Shown here piece after piece: positions 25,439 to 37,810 of a DNA stretch of 64,000 nt. The notes below the pieces were generated by a model. It was not told the DNA's origin. It saw nothing but the letters and a program-made list of their open reading frames with translations, and searched no databases. Location of the stretch: NCBI GenBank assembly GCA_951406725.2, contig OX597820.1, positions 11,036,001 through 11,100,000 on the forward strand, read 5' to 3'. Position 1 is the first letter of the stretch. Each line of letters starts with the position of its first letter. The stretch is from Octopus vulgaris (Eukaryota). Both the position numbers and the translations under genes were made by a program.

Positions 25439-25852
25439 GGCGTCGAGCTGGCAGAAACTTTAGCACGTCGGGCGAAATGCTTAGCGGTATTTCGTCTGCC
25501 GCTACCTTCCGAGTTCAAATTCCGCCGAGGTTGACTTTGCCTTTCATCCTTTCGGTGTCGATTAAATAAGTACCAGTTAAGCACTGGAGTCGATATAATC
25601 GACTTAATCCGTTTGTCTGCCCTTGTTTGTCCTCTCTGTGTTTAGCCCCTTGTGAGTAGTAAAGAAATAGGTATTTTGTCTGCCATTACGTTCTGGGTTC
25701 AAATTCCGCCGAGGTCGACTTTGCCTTTTTTCCTTTTGTGGTCGATTAAATAAGTACCAGTTACGCACTGGGGTCGATATAATCGACTTAATCCGTTTGT
25801 CTGTCCTTGCTTGTTCCCTCTGTGTTTAGCCCCTTGTGGGTAGTAAGGAAAT
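25439..25852 (+). mobile_element. SINE family B, dimeric
   Basis: Head followed by two bodies joined at AAAGAAATA|GGTATTT. Confidence 0.8.
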
Positions 25853-26373
25853 GCGTAGATGTGGTTGTGGTAAAAAGCTTGCAAGCAGAGATTTTGTTGT
25901 TGGTGTTAGCGATGGTGGTGATGGCAACGCTGTCGGAAGAGGCTCTCCAATGTAAATCAATCCAAACACGGCGAAGAGTTGAATTTTCTTATGTGCTTGT
26001 TTCTATATTTCATGATAAATCTTGTCATTTCGACAGAAAAATTCGAACGTTATTATATGACACATTTGAAAGTCCAAAGAGCAGGAAAAAGACATTATTT
26101 TTCCTTTTTTCATCAAAACTTGTATATTATAAGTGCAACGAAAATTATTGCATCTATGATAGTTTGTACATAAATCCAAATGCAACGAGTTCTCTCACCT
26201 GCTGGCCTCACCTCTGATTAATGAGCGGGTTAATAAATTTTCCTTCTTCTCCACACAATTAATATACTGATGGCTTGATTAGTTATTCTATACACCTGAT
26301 ACTAATAGGTTTTCTTTTTCAGCCTCTTCATCACTTCATCGCATCATATATCTTAGCTACCTCATTCATACTA

Positions 26374-26418
<45 letters not shown>

Positions 26419-26534
26419 TTTCGCCCATATCTTCTCCTTTCGCAAGCCTCTCGCTCTCTCTGTCCATCTCAATACATGCATACATATACACATATCCACA
26501 CTCAAACTCACACACACATATATATGTATACGTA

Positions 26535-26603
<69 letters not shown>

Positions 26604-26687
26604 CTATTCATAGATATATACATATATTTACATGTACAGAGTCGTACACACACACACACATATATATATAGGTATATATATATATAG

Positions 26688-26734
<47 letters not shown>

Positions 26735-26735
26735 A

Positions 26736-26815
<80 letters not shown>

Positions 26816-27030
26816 ATACACACACATTATATGTCATACATTTTATTACTTTCCTTCAACGCTTCATTTTCTTCTTCTTTTTCCTTTCTCCATTCATTCG
26901 CTGCCTTTATTTCTCTCTTTTCTCTTCTGGCGCGTCCTCTTTCAGTTTCCCCCCATAAATCTCTCAAACTATTCTCGCGTCTTTCTATAGTTAATTGACA
27001 AATACACGACTACACTTACACCAAAGCACC

Positions 27031-27070
<40 letters not shown>

Positions 27071-27218
27071 TACGAGTGCGCAAGTACGCAACCGCATGTG
27101 GACGGATGTCGGTGATGGGGAGTCAGAAATAATGAACAGCATACACCAATGCATACATACATACATACATATATATATATATATATGTGTGTCATGCAGG
27201 TGTAGGCATCTTCAAACT

Positions 27219-27267
<49 letters not shown>

Positions 27268-27272
27268 CATAG

Positions 27273-27330
<58 letters not shown>

Positions 27331-27430
27331 TAGTATTTATGAATAATAAATATGTCCAATTAACAGTATGTATGTATACATGCTTACATATCCCTATACA
27401 TATCCATACTTATATATTTGTGTGTGTATG

Positions 27431-27462
<32 letters not shown>

Positions 27463-27582
27463 TGTATATATATAATATATATATATATATATACTCACAT
27501 ACAGACAGACGCGCATGCCCACCCATGCATGCGTGTATATATATATAATATACATATATATATATGCTTATATATGTATGTG

Positions 27583-27620
<38 letters not shown>

Positions 27621-27652
27621 TCACGCACGCACACGCACACACACACACAGAT

Positions 27653-27713
<61 letters not shown>

Positions 27714-28071
27714 ATTCACATAGGCATACATGTATATGAAGGAGTCAGCGCTGAATCGTTGATAGGCTGTCTCTTTTCATCCATAAACAATTCACATCGA
27801 AGCGTGCAGCCAACTGGCTTTTCCTTCTAACAGCTTCTTTTATGTTCGTTGTTCACCTTCGCCGTCTCTATTTTGTTGAAGTTGTCAATGGCGGTCGCAC
27901 CCTGTCACTTCCTCTCTGTCTCGGTGTCACTTAGTCAGTTAGTGTGTCTGCTTCTGGTTATTACATTACATTTAGACGTGTGTGTTTGTATATATATATA
28001 TATATATGTGTGAGTGTGTGCGTGTGTGTGTGTTTGTGTATACACGCTATTTCTCAATCAGCAGTATATCA

Positions 28072-28105
<34 letters not shown>

Positions 28106-28220
28106 CTCGTTGCTTATTTTGATTATATTCACTCCATTTGATTTATATGGATAATACCATACAAAATTCTGGTGCCTTTAACTTAAGTACCATATTCATC
28201 TGAATCTAAATTTTGGTGAA

Positions 28221-28278
<58 letters not shown>

Positions 28279-28315
28279 CATACATACATACAAACATACA
28301 TACATACATACATAC

Positions 28316-28355
<40 letters not shown>

Positions 28356-28365
28356 TTATTTATTT

Positions 28366-28597
28366 ATATTTCTGTACTACCCACAATGGGCTAAACACAG
28401 AGGGGACAAACAAGGACAGATAAACGGATTAAGTCGATTATATCGACTCCAGTGCGCAACTGGTACTTAATTTATCGACCCCGAAAGGATGAAAGACTAA
28501 GTCGACCTCGGCAAAATTTGAACCCAGAACGTAACGCCAGACGAAATACGGCTACGCATTTCTCCCGGCGTGCTAACGTTTCTGCCAGCTCGCCGCC
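28366..28597 (-). mobile_element. SINE family B monomer
   Basis: Reverse-complement match to 29663-29892. Confidence 0.8.
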
Positions 28598-29009
28598 TTT
28601 TTATTTATATATATAGGTATTTCTACATATGTACATATGTACATGCACGTATGCGTGTATATGTTTGTGTGCGTGTATGTGTTTATATATATGTGTGCGT
28701 ATATGTATGTACGTATGTATGCATATATGTATGTATTTATGTATGTACGTGTGTATGTATGGATGTATGGATGTATTTATGTATATGTATATATGTATGC
28801 ATGTATGTATCTATGTATAACTAATTATAACAAACCTGGATGACACAACTGCTCAAACACTATAAAGACATCGAAGGAAAATTGAATTGTATTTTTTTGT
28901 ATTCAATGCCTGCTATATTTCCTGGGAATATCTATTGACACTATTGGGAATCGAAACCAGGGCAATTCCCGCTCGATTAGCGTTTAAGTGTGCCATGCAA
29001 ATAATGTAT

Positions 29010-29071
<62 letters not shown>

Positions 29072-29662
29072 GTGTGTATGTGTGTGTGCGTGCGTGCGTG
29101 TGTGTGTGTCTACATTTAAAAACGTACCTCTTCCAAATTCTGTTGAGATGTAAAGCAGGAATTTCACGTTGTTTCTTGCTCAGCAGTATTTTTTAGTAGA
29201 GGGACAAATTGAAATTGGTACGTATTAGTTTTCCGAAAGAGAATTGTTCTCAGAATAAATGTTACTTGCGATCAGTAAACGAACCTAAATGACAAGTTTC
29301 ATTTGGATAATTTCTTCGGTACACTAACTAATGCGCTTTGTAAAGAATATTGTCACGTCTTGTAATCATCGGCAGATTAATTCTTTCAACTTATCATCAT
29401 GGACATAAGGAAATAAAAAAAAATACACTGATTTACGAGCGATGGGAGGCAAGAGACAAAATTAGACACTAGAATTGCAGATGCGGATGGATTGAATACA
29501 AAATGATCTCAACGAATGAAACCGCACAGGCTGAGCGAAAGATGAACAACGTAAGCTGTTTGTGGACTTTCCTGGGTTTTGTTTAAACGTGTAAACACAA
29601 AATCTTCTGCACTTCTAAATTCTTTCATAAATTTTATTCCAATAATAAAAATGTAAACGAAA

Positions 29663-29892
29663 GCGGCGAGCTGGCAGAAACGTTAGCACGCCGGACGAAA
29701 TGCATAGCCGTATTTCGTCTGCCGTTACGTTCAGAGTTCAAATTCCGTCGAGGTCGACTTTGCCTTTCATCCTTTCGGGTCGATAAAATAAGTACCAGTG
29801 ACGCACTGGGGTCGATATAATCGACTTAATTCGTTTGTCTGTCCTTGTTTGTCCCCTCTGTGTTTAGCCCCTTGTGGGTAGTAAAGAAATAA
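29663..29892 (+). mobile_element. SINE family B monomer
   Basis: GGCGAGCTGGCAGAAACGTTAGC ... GTGGGTAGTAAAGAAATA. Confidence 0.85.
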
Positions 29893-30069
29893 ATAATAAT
29901 GTAAACGACTTGAGATGCTTCTTTTTCCGTAATGTTTGTTGTCCTCCTTAACAATTATATATCCGCTATATCGAAAATCTGCAGAGGAGGTGGTGAGGTT
30001 GTTAAAGAAGCCAAATGTGCTGTCTTCAATTCGGTTTCTGCGTCTATTCTTACTCGGATTCATGTATTT

Positions 30070-30255
30070 TGGAATTGACTAAAAGAGCACAATTGCGAAT
30101 ACAAGCTGCCGACCGAAATGGGGTCCTTCTGAAGGATCTCTGAAGTTTCATTACACATCAGGGTGCGTGGCTCGGAGATGAGGAAGTCTCACAACGTCGA
30201 GCCGCTTCTTCTCTACATTTCGAGGACAGAACTGCGATACTACGGTCACGTGGTT
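30070..30255 (+). pseudogene. RTE-clade LINE C-terminal fragment
   Basis: RVRGSEMRKSHNVEPLLLYISRTELRYYGHVV, homologous to 4757 and 18175. Confidence 0.7.
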
Positions 30256-30258
30256 ATA

Positions 30259-30488
30259 ATCCTTTCTATTATAGGTACAAGACCTGAAATGTTGTGTGAG
30301 GGGGATATTCGATTACATCGACCCCAGGGGTCAACTTGTACTTATTTTATCAGCCCTGAAAGAATGAAAGGCAAAGTAGACCTCGGCGGAATTTGAACTC
30401 AGAACGTAACGGTAGACGAAATACCTCTTTCTTTACTACCCACAAGGAGCTACACACAGAAGGGACAAAGAGAGACAAACGGATTAAG
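30259..30488 (-). mobile_element. SINE family B remnant truncated by the purine tract
   Basis: GAAAGGCAAAGTAGACCTCGGCGGAATTTGAACTCAGAAC and the dimer junction. It ends at GGATTAAG, where the tract begins. Confidence 0.7.
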
Positions 30489-33400
30489 GAGAGAAAAAAG
30501 AAGAGACAAAAGGAGAACAAAAAAGGAAAGCAAAAAAAGGAGAGCAAAGAAGGAGAACAAAAAAAGGAGAGAAAAGCAGAGAAAAGAAGGAGAGCAAAAA
30601 AGGAGAGAAAAAAAAGAATAAAGGAGAGAAAAAAGAAGACAAGAAAGGAGAGAAAAAAGGAAAGAAGAAAGGAAGAGTAAAAAAGAGAAAAAAAGGAGAG
30701 AAAAGGGAGAGCAACAAAAGAAGAGCAAAAGGAGTGACAAAAGGAGATAAAAAAGAAGAGTAGAAAGGGAGAGACAAAAGGAGAGCAATAAAAATAGAGC
30801 AAAAAAAGAGCAAGGAAGGAGAGCAAAAAAACAAGAGAAAAAAGGGGAGCAAAAAGGGAGACAGAAAAGGAGAGCAACAAAAGGAGGGCAACAAAGCAAG
30901 AAAGGAGAGCAAAAAGGAGAGGAAAATGTGAAGAAAAAAGAGGAGAGAAGAAAGGAGAGAAGAATGGGGAGAAAAAAAGAGAGCAAAAAATGACAGGATG
31001 GAGAGAAAAAAGGAGAGCAAATAAAACGGGAAAAAAGGAGAGCAACAAAAAGGAGAGAAAAAGGGAGAGAAGAAAGTAGAGAAGAAAGAGAAAAAAGCAA
31101 GGAAGGAGAGAAAAATGGAGACCAAGGATGGAGAGAAAAGAACGAGAGGAAAATAGAGAGCAAAAATGGAGTAGAAAAAGCAGAGAAAAGGAGAGCAAAA
31201 CAGGAGAGGAGCAAAAAAGGAGAGAAACGGAGAAGAAAGGAGATAAAAAAGGAGAGAGAAAAAGGAGAAAAAAAGGAGAAAAAAAAGGAGGGCAACAAAA
31301 GAAGAACAAATAAAGGGGGCAAAAGGAGAGACAAAAGGAGATAAAAAAGGAGAGTAGCAAAGGGAGAGCAAAAAGAAGAAAAAAAGAGAGAAGAAAAAGG
31401 AGAAAAGGAGAGCAAAGAAAGAGATGAAAGAAGAGCAAAAAAGAGAAGAAAGGAGAGAAGAAAGGAAGAGAAAAAGGGAGAGCAAGGAAGGAGAGACAAA
31501 AAGGATGGAAAAAAGGAGAGCAAGGAAGAAGAGCAAAAATGGAAAGATAAAGGAGATAAGAAAGGAGAGAGGGAGAAGAAAGGAGAAAAAAGGAGGGAAA
31601 AGGAGAAAAGAAAGAGAAGAAAGGCAGTGCAAAAAAGGAGAGTAAGACAGGGGAGAGAAAATGAGATATGAAAGGGAGAGAAAAAAGCCAGCAAAAAAGA
31701 AGAGCAAAGAAAGAGAGAGAAAGGCGAGAAAAAACGAGACAAAGAGAGCAAAAATGGAGAGAAGAAAAGGAGAGCAAGGAAGGAGGGCAAACTAGCAGAA
31801 AAAATAAAGAGAAGAATGGGGAGCAAAAAAGGAGAGAAAAAAGGAGGGAAGAAAGGAGATGAGAAGATGGAGAGAAAAGGAGAGCAACGAAGGAGAGAAG
31901 ATAGGAAAGAAGAAAGGGAGAGTAAGGAAGGATATAAAAAAAGGCGAGAAAAGAGAACAAAAGGAGAGCAAAATGGAGAGCAAAACAAAGGAAAAAATAG
32001 AGAGAAAAGGAGAGCAACAACGGAGGGCAAAACAGGAGAGAAAAGGAGAGCAAAGAAGGAGAGAAAGTACCGAAAAAGGAGAGCAAAAAAGGAATTCATG
32101 AAAGGAGAGCAAAAAGGGAGCAAGGAAGAAGAGAAGAAAGAGAAAAAAGGAAGGAAGGAAAGCAAAAAGCAGAAAAAATGAGAAAGGGAAAGAGAAAGAA
32201 AGGGAAAGAAAGAAGGAGAGCAAGAATGGAGAGCAAGTAAGGGAAGAAAGAGGTGAGAAGAAAGGGAGAGAAAAATGGAGAGCAGGGAAGGAATGAAGAA
32301 AGGAGAGAAAAAAGAAAAGAAAGGAGAGAAAAAAGAAAAGAGAGCAACAAAAGGAGATAAGAAACGAGAGAGAAAAGGAAGAGAAAAAGGAGATCAAGAA
32401 AGGAGATAGGAAAGGAGAAGAAAGGCAAAGAAAAAAGGGGAGATGAAAGGGAGAGAAAAAAGATCAAAAGAGACAAAAAAGGAGAGAAAAAGGAGAGCAT
32501 GGAAGGAGAGCAAAAAGGAGAGCATGGAAGGTGAGCAAAAAGGAGAGCATGGAAAAAGAGCAATATAGGAGAGAAAAAGAGCAAAAATGGAGGTTGAAAA
32601 TGAGCGAAGAGGGGACAGAAGAAAGGAGAGAAAAAAACGGAGAAAAAAGAGAGAAAGGGGAGAGCAAGATAGAAGAGCAAAAAGGAGAGCATAAAAGGAG
32701 AGCAAAAAGGAGAGAAGAAAGGAGAGAAAAGGAAACAAAAAAGGAGAGCAACGAAGGAGATCAATAAAGGAGAGTAAAAAGGAGAAAAGAAGGGAGAGCA
32801 ACAGAAGGAGAGACAAAAATGATAGCAAAAAAAGGAGAATAAGTAGAAAGGAGAGAAGAAAAGAGAGCAACAAAAGGAGACCAAAATAGTAAAATAGTAA
32901 AGAATGGAAAGAAAGGGAGGTTAAAAAGGGAGAGCAAAACTTGGGAGAAAAAGGAGAAAAGAAAGGACGGAAGAAAGGGATAGAAAAACGAGAAGAAAGG
33001 AGAGTAGAAAGGGAATGAATAAAAGTAGAGCAAGAAAGGAAATCAAAAAAGGAGATAAAAAAGCAGAGAAGGAGAGAAAAGGAGATAAGAAAGAAAAGAA
33101 AGTAGAGAAAATGGAGAGCAAAAAGGAGAGAGAAAAGGAGAGTAACAAAAGGAGAGCAGAAAGGAGAGTACAACAGAGAGTAAAACGGAGAGCAGGAAGG
33201 AGAGCAATAAAAGGAAAGAAAGGAGAGCAACAAAATGAGTCCAAAAAAGGAAATAAGGGTAAGTCAAAAAAGGAGAGCAAAGATGGAGAGAAAAAAGGAA
33301 AAAAGAAAGGAGAGCAATAAAGGAGAGCAACAATAGAAGAGCAAAAAAGGAAAGCAAGGAAGGAGAGATGAAAGGAGAGAAAAAAGAAGAGAAGAAAGGA

Positions 33401-33885
33401 AACAAAAAAGGAGAGCAACAAATGGAAATAAGAAAGAAAAGGTGAGAAGGGAAATGAAAGGGAGAGAAAAATGAGCAAATAAAGGAGAGAAAAAAGAAGA
33501 GAAAACAGGAGAGCAAAAAATGAGAGAGGATAGGAGAGAATGGGAGAGCAAGAAAGGAGAGTAAAAAGGAGAGCAAAAACGGAGAGTAAAAATAGAGCAG
33601 AAAGGAGAGAAAAGAAGGGAGAGAAAAGGAGTTCAAGAAGGAGAGCAAAAAAGGGAGAGTATAAAAGAGAGAAAAGGAGAGCAACAAAAGGAGAGTAAGG
33701 AAGGAGAGCATAAAATAAGAGAGAAAAGAAGAGATGAAAGGGAGAGAGAAAAAAGAGAGCAAAAAAGGAGTGCAAAATGAGAGAAAAAAGGGAGAGAAAA
33801 AAGGATAGCAAAAGGGAGAGCAAGGAACGAGAGCAAAAAAGGAGAGAATAAGAGAAGAAGGGAGAGAAAAAAGGGGAGACAAGAT
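30489..33885. repeat. 3.4-kb strand-asymmetric purine-rich degenerate minisatellite (AAAAGGAGAG(C/A)A)
   Basis: Plus strand is almost entirely A/G, with GGAGAG recurring at roughly 11-14 bp spacing. Confidence 0.9.
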
Positions 33886-34037
33886 GAAACCAGCAAAAAT
33901 TACTGGTATCATCATGTATCTGTCTTCTCTCCATGTTGCTATATGAACACTTAAGGCAGTTTTAGAGTCGGATCATGGCTACTATTTTCAGCATGGTGGT
34001 GTGTCGTAGATACCCTAATTTATAATTTTAAACTCCA

Positions 34038-34340
34038 GGCGTAGGAATGGCTGTGTGGTAAGAAGCTTGCTTCCCAGCCACATGGTTCTGGGTTCACTCC
34101 CACTGCGTGGCACCTTGGGCAAGTGTCTTCTACTATAGCGTCGGGCCGACCAAAGCCTTGTGAGTACCGATGCTGGTGTGTTTACGTCCCCGTAACTTAG
34201 CGGTTCGGTAAAAGAGACCGATAGAATAAGTACTAGGCTTACAAAGAATAAGTCCTGGGATCGATTTGCTCGACTAAAAGGCGGTGCTCCAGCATGGCCG
34301 CAGTCAAATGACTGAAACAAAAGAGTAAAAGAGTAAAAGA
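34038..34340 (+). mobile_element. SINE family A, internally deleted
   Basis: Head joined directly to tail at GTGAGT|ACCGATG. Confidence 0.8.
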
Positions 34341-34357
34341 ATATATCTATCTATCTA

Positions 34358-34394
<37 letters not shown>

Positions 34395-34481
34395 ACAATT
34401 GAGGGTAAAATTAATTAATTAATCAATTTCACCAAGTGTTCAATATGTAAAGGACCATTTAAGGCGAATTCAAAATATTAC

Positions 34482-34645
34482 ATTATATAATTAGGGCTTA
34501 GTAAAATAAATTACTTTGCCACATACTGAACTTAGTATTCTACTAAGTTCTTCTACTAAATACTGAACTTCTACTAAGTTCAGTATTTCTACTAAGTTCA
34601 GTATGTGGCAAAGTAATTTATTTTACTAAGCCCTAATTATATAAT
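34482..34645. repeat. Perfect 56-bp inverted repeat with patchwork spacer
   Basis: 34482-34537 is the reverse complement of 34590-34645. Confidence 0.9.
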
Positions 34646-34729
34646 ATATAGATAGTTATTTCGATCTTGAAAGGATGGACTTGGTGCTAACTTAACTGTA
34701 TCTATTTTTAGTATTTTTTATTATTATTA

Positions 34730-34773
<44 letters not shown>

Positions 34774-35121
34774 AGTAATTTTTATTAACTTTTATAGCTT
34801 TAGAATTTTATGAACTGTACCACGGATTTAATTATTATTTTTCATCTCCATATGTGTTAGCCCTTTTTTTTTTTTTTTTATAAAAACAACTATTAGCCAA
34901 ATATGTATAATATCGGTACTTATTAATATTAATATATACACTGTTATATATTTTGTTTTATTTTGTTCTGTTTACCTTCCTTTTTGTACAAATGTGTATT
35001 ATATTATATAAGTGTAGCATTATGATGTATAAGTTTTTATATTTTACATTTTTATATTTTTATATTTATATGTATATGATTATATAATATTTTTCACTAT
35101 TATAACAAATTTAATTTAATT

Positions 35122-35229
35122 CTCTGAAGAGGCCGTGGGGCATCCTTGTTAATGCCTCATTTATACCTGCCTTTATGGCTTATAGGTTAAATGAGGTATG
35201 ACTGTCCTCACTGCCGAAACAGCTGTCAG
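35122..35229 (+). ncRNA. Type I hammerhead, PLE-type, with long stem II
   Basis: CT-CTGAAGA-GGCCGTGGGGCA...TGTCCTCACTGCC-GAAACAGCTGTC^AG. Stem III is the palindrome ACAGCTGT and stem I is short. Confidence 0.7.
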
Positions 35230-35625
35230 TTTTGATTTATTTGCATATTATATTTGAAATTTTTTACTTATATCTCTTTATCTTTTTACTTTTACTATTA
35301 CTGTATATCTCATTTCATTTTATATATTGCCTTTACTCATATGTAATGGTGTATTAAAGTATGGATTGAGTATCATCGGATAGTTGATGTTTTACTGATT
35401 TAAGTATGTTTCTCCATTCTCTAATTTTGTAGTATTAATTTACGGTAATATTATTACCTTTACCCATTTAATACAATAGATGAACTGATTGCTTGACAAT
35501 TTTTAACATCTATGTATTAATTTTGTTGGGTACCTATCTAGCAGTATATTGGATATATATTATCCCATGGTGGGTTGAATTTTCAACCCCTATCTCATTT
35601 TATAACCTATATATATATATATATA

Positions 35626-36181
35626 TTTGTTGCACACACGCATTTTTGCTAATACATACGCGGTGAAGCTACACATTAGCGTCGTATTTTTACGTTCGCT
35701 ATTTCCAGTAAATATCGGTACTTAGTTGTGCCATTTATTTACTAATTTGTGTATTTTTCCCTCACGGGCTACTTTTTTCTGGAAGGCAATACTTTGTATT
35801 GCATTACTGATATTTTGAAACTTCTTCACCGTTTCTCGTACTGTTAGCGTTCCGCATTTCAGTCGAGTGTGTTAGTATTAATGTGGTAACATCGTAGATT
35901 TCGTCTTGGTATATGTTTGGCTGATGAAGGTAAAACAAAATATGGGTGAGAGACATATCTTGTAAAACCTGAAACCTGCAGGTACCACATTATCCTTTTC
36001 CGGGTGTTTCATCTTTCAGATGTTCTCCCTGGAGGTAAGACGGTTTTTTTCTCTAATTTGTTGCACACACGCATTTTTGCTAATACATACGCGGTGAAGC
36101 TACACATTAGCGTCGTATTTTTACGTTCGCTATTCCCAGTAAATATCGGTACTTAGTTGTGCCATTTATTTACTAATTTGT
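35626..36181 (+). mobile_element. PLE-like/retrozyme-like element: 431-bp unit with ~125-bp direct terminal redundancy
   Basis: 35626-35750 repeats at 36057-36181. It contains the hammerhead at 35918 and is flanked by (TA)n on both sides. Confidence 0.75.
35918..35987 (+). ncRNA. Type I hammerhead ribozyme, intact core
   Basis: TGG-CTGATGA-AGGT...ACCT-GAAACCTGCAGGTA^CCA. Stem III is the palindrome ACCTGCAGGT, and predicted cleavage is after 35984. Confidence 0.8.
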
Positions 36182-36206
36182 ATATATAAATATATATATA
36201 TATATA

Positions 36207-36596
36207 GGCGCAGGAGTGGCTGCGTGGTAAGTAGCTTGCTAACCAACCACATGGTTCTGCGTGGCATCTTGGGCAAGTGTCTTCTGCTATAGCCCCGGGC
36301 CGATCAATGCCTTGTGAGTGGATTTGGTAGACGGAAACTGAAAGAAGCCTGTCGTATATACGTATATATATATAAGTGTGTGCGTATATGTTTGTCTGTG
36401 TTTGTCCCCCTAGCATTGCTTGACAACCGATGCTGGTGTGTTTACGTCCCCGTTACTTAGCGGTTCGGCAAAAGAGACCGATAGAATAAGTACTGGGCTT
36501 ACAAAGAATAAGTCCCGGGGTCCATTTGCTCGACTAAAGGCGGTGCTCCAGCATGACCGCCGTCAAATGCCTGAAACAAGTAAAAGAGTAAAGAGT
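36207..36596 (+). mobile_element. SINE family A
   Basis: Match to 3742-4148. Confidence 0.85.
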
Positions 36597-37206
36597 ATAT
36601 ATGCATACCTACATACATATATGCGTACACTAAATAAGGACGAATATATTAGTGGTAGGTGGATGCTTGTATGGATGAACAGGTATTTAATGTATGTGCT
36701 GTAGATGTAAACGAAACTTGATCTCTCTACCTGTAATAATGTATGTACGCGTGCGTTTTTTTTCCATTAACGCATGCGTATAAGCCTCCGACCGCGTCTG
36801 TGTGTCCGTGTGTATATTTGCTTTTAAGCATTTAGGAATATAGACCGAACGTATAGACCGTATGCTTATCGATGTGTCCCTTCGTCTTAGGATTGTCTGC
36901 GTTAAAAGGAGACGAGAGAAAAGCAACAGTAGCAACATTAGTAGATAAAAAACAACAACAACTATTAATAACAAAAACAATAACAATAACAAAGAATGAA
37001 GACAAAAGAAAGCGTCTTCATTTTGCTTTTCTTTTTGTTTGATTCACTCTTTTAGTGCAGCCATTGTTTTCTTTACAGCTGTTGATGTTTCGTTTGGTTA
37101 CTTTCTGTCCGGCCTTTGTCTAGCTTTTATTTGGTTTTCCTTTTTAAGTTTTGTTCGTTGGTTTTTGCTAATGTTTTTTTTTATCTGTTTTCTCTCTTTC
37201 TTTCCT

Positions 37207-37238
<32 letters not shown>

Positions 37239-37404
37239 TTTCTTTTTTGTGTTTGGTTTTTTTGTTTGTTTGGGGGTTTTTTTATGGGGTTGGACGAGGT
37301 TTCGATTTTTCTTTTTTTTTTTCCATAGTCTCTCTCTCTCCTTGTTCAGAATGTGTTATCATGTTTTAAAGCGAAGACTGAAAGCTCTCTGATTATTGGT
37401 TGAG

Positions 37405-37810
37405 TGGAAAGAAGAAGGAAGAAAGAAGAAAGAAGAAAGAAGAAGAAGAAGAAGAAGAAGAAGAAGAAGAAGAAGAAGAAGAAGAAGAAGAAGAAAGAAG
37501 AAGAAGAAGAAGAAGGAGGAGGAGAAGAAGAAAGAAGAAAGAAGAAGAAAGAAGAAGAAGAAAAGAAAGAAAGAAAGAGAAAGAAGAAGAAATAAGAAGA
37601 AGAAGAAGAAGAAGAAGAAGAAAGAAAGAAGAAAAAGAAGAAAAAGAAAAAGATGAAAAAGAAGAGGAAGAAGAAGAAGAAAAAGAAGAGGAAGAAGAAG
37701 AAGAAAAAGAGGAAGAAGAAGAAGAAGAAGAAGAAGAAGAAGAAGAAGAAGAAGAAGAAGAAGAAGAAGAAGAAGAAGAGAGGAAAAAGAAAGAAGAAGA
37801 AGAAAGAAGG
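37405..37810. repeat. (GAA)n-rich polypurine tract
   Basis: Direct reading of the sequence. Confidence 0.95.

Noticed and set aside
26275-29196. YI/HT/CV/MYVC repeat ORFs here and throughout the window
   Set aside because: They are microsatellite translations.
30350-33934. Long Phe/Leu/Ser or Lys/Arg/Glu ORFs
   Set aside because: They are compositional artefacts of the polypurine tract and are open in several frames at once.
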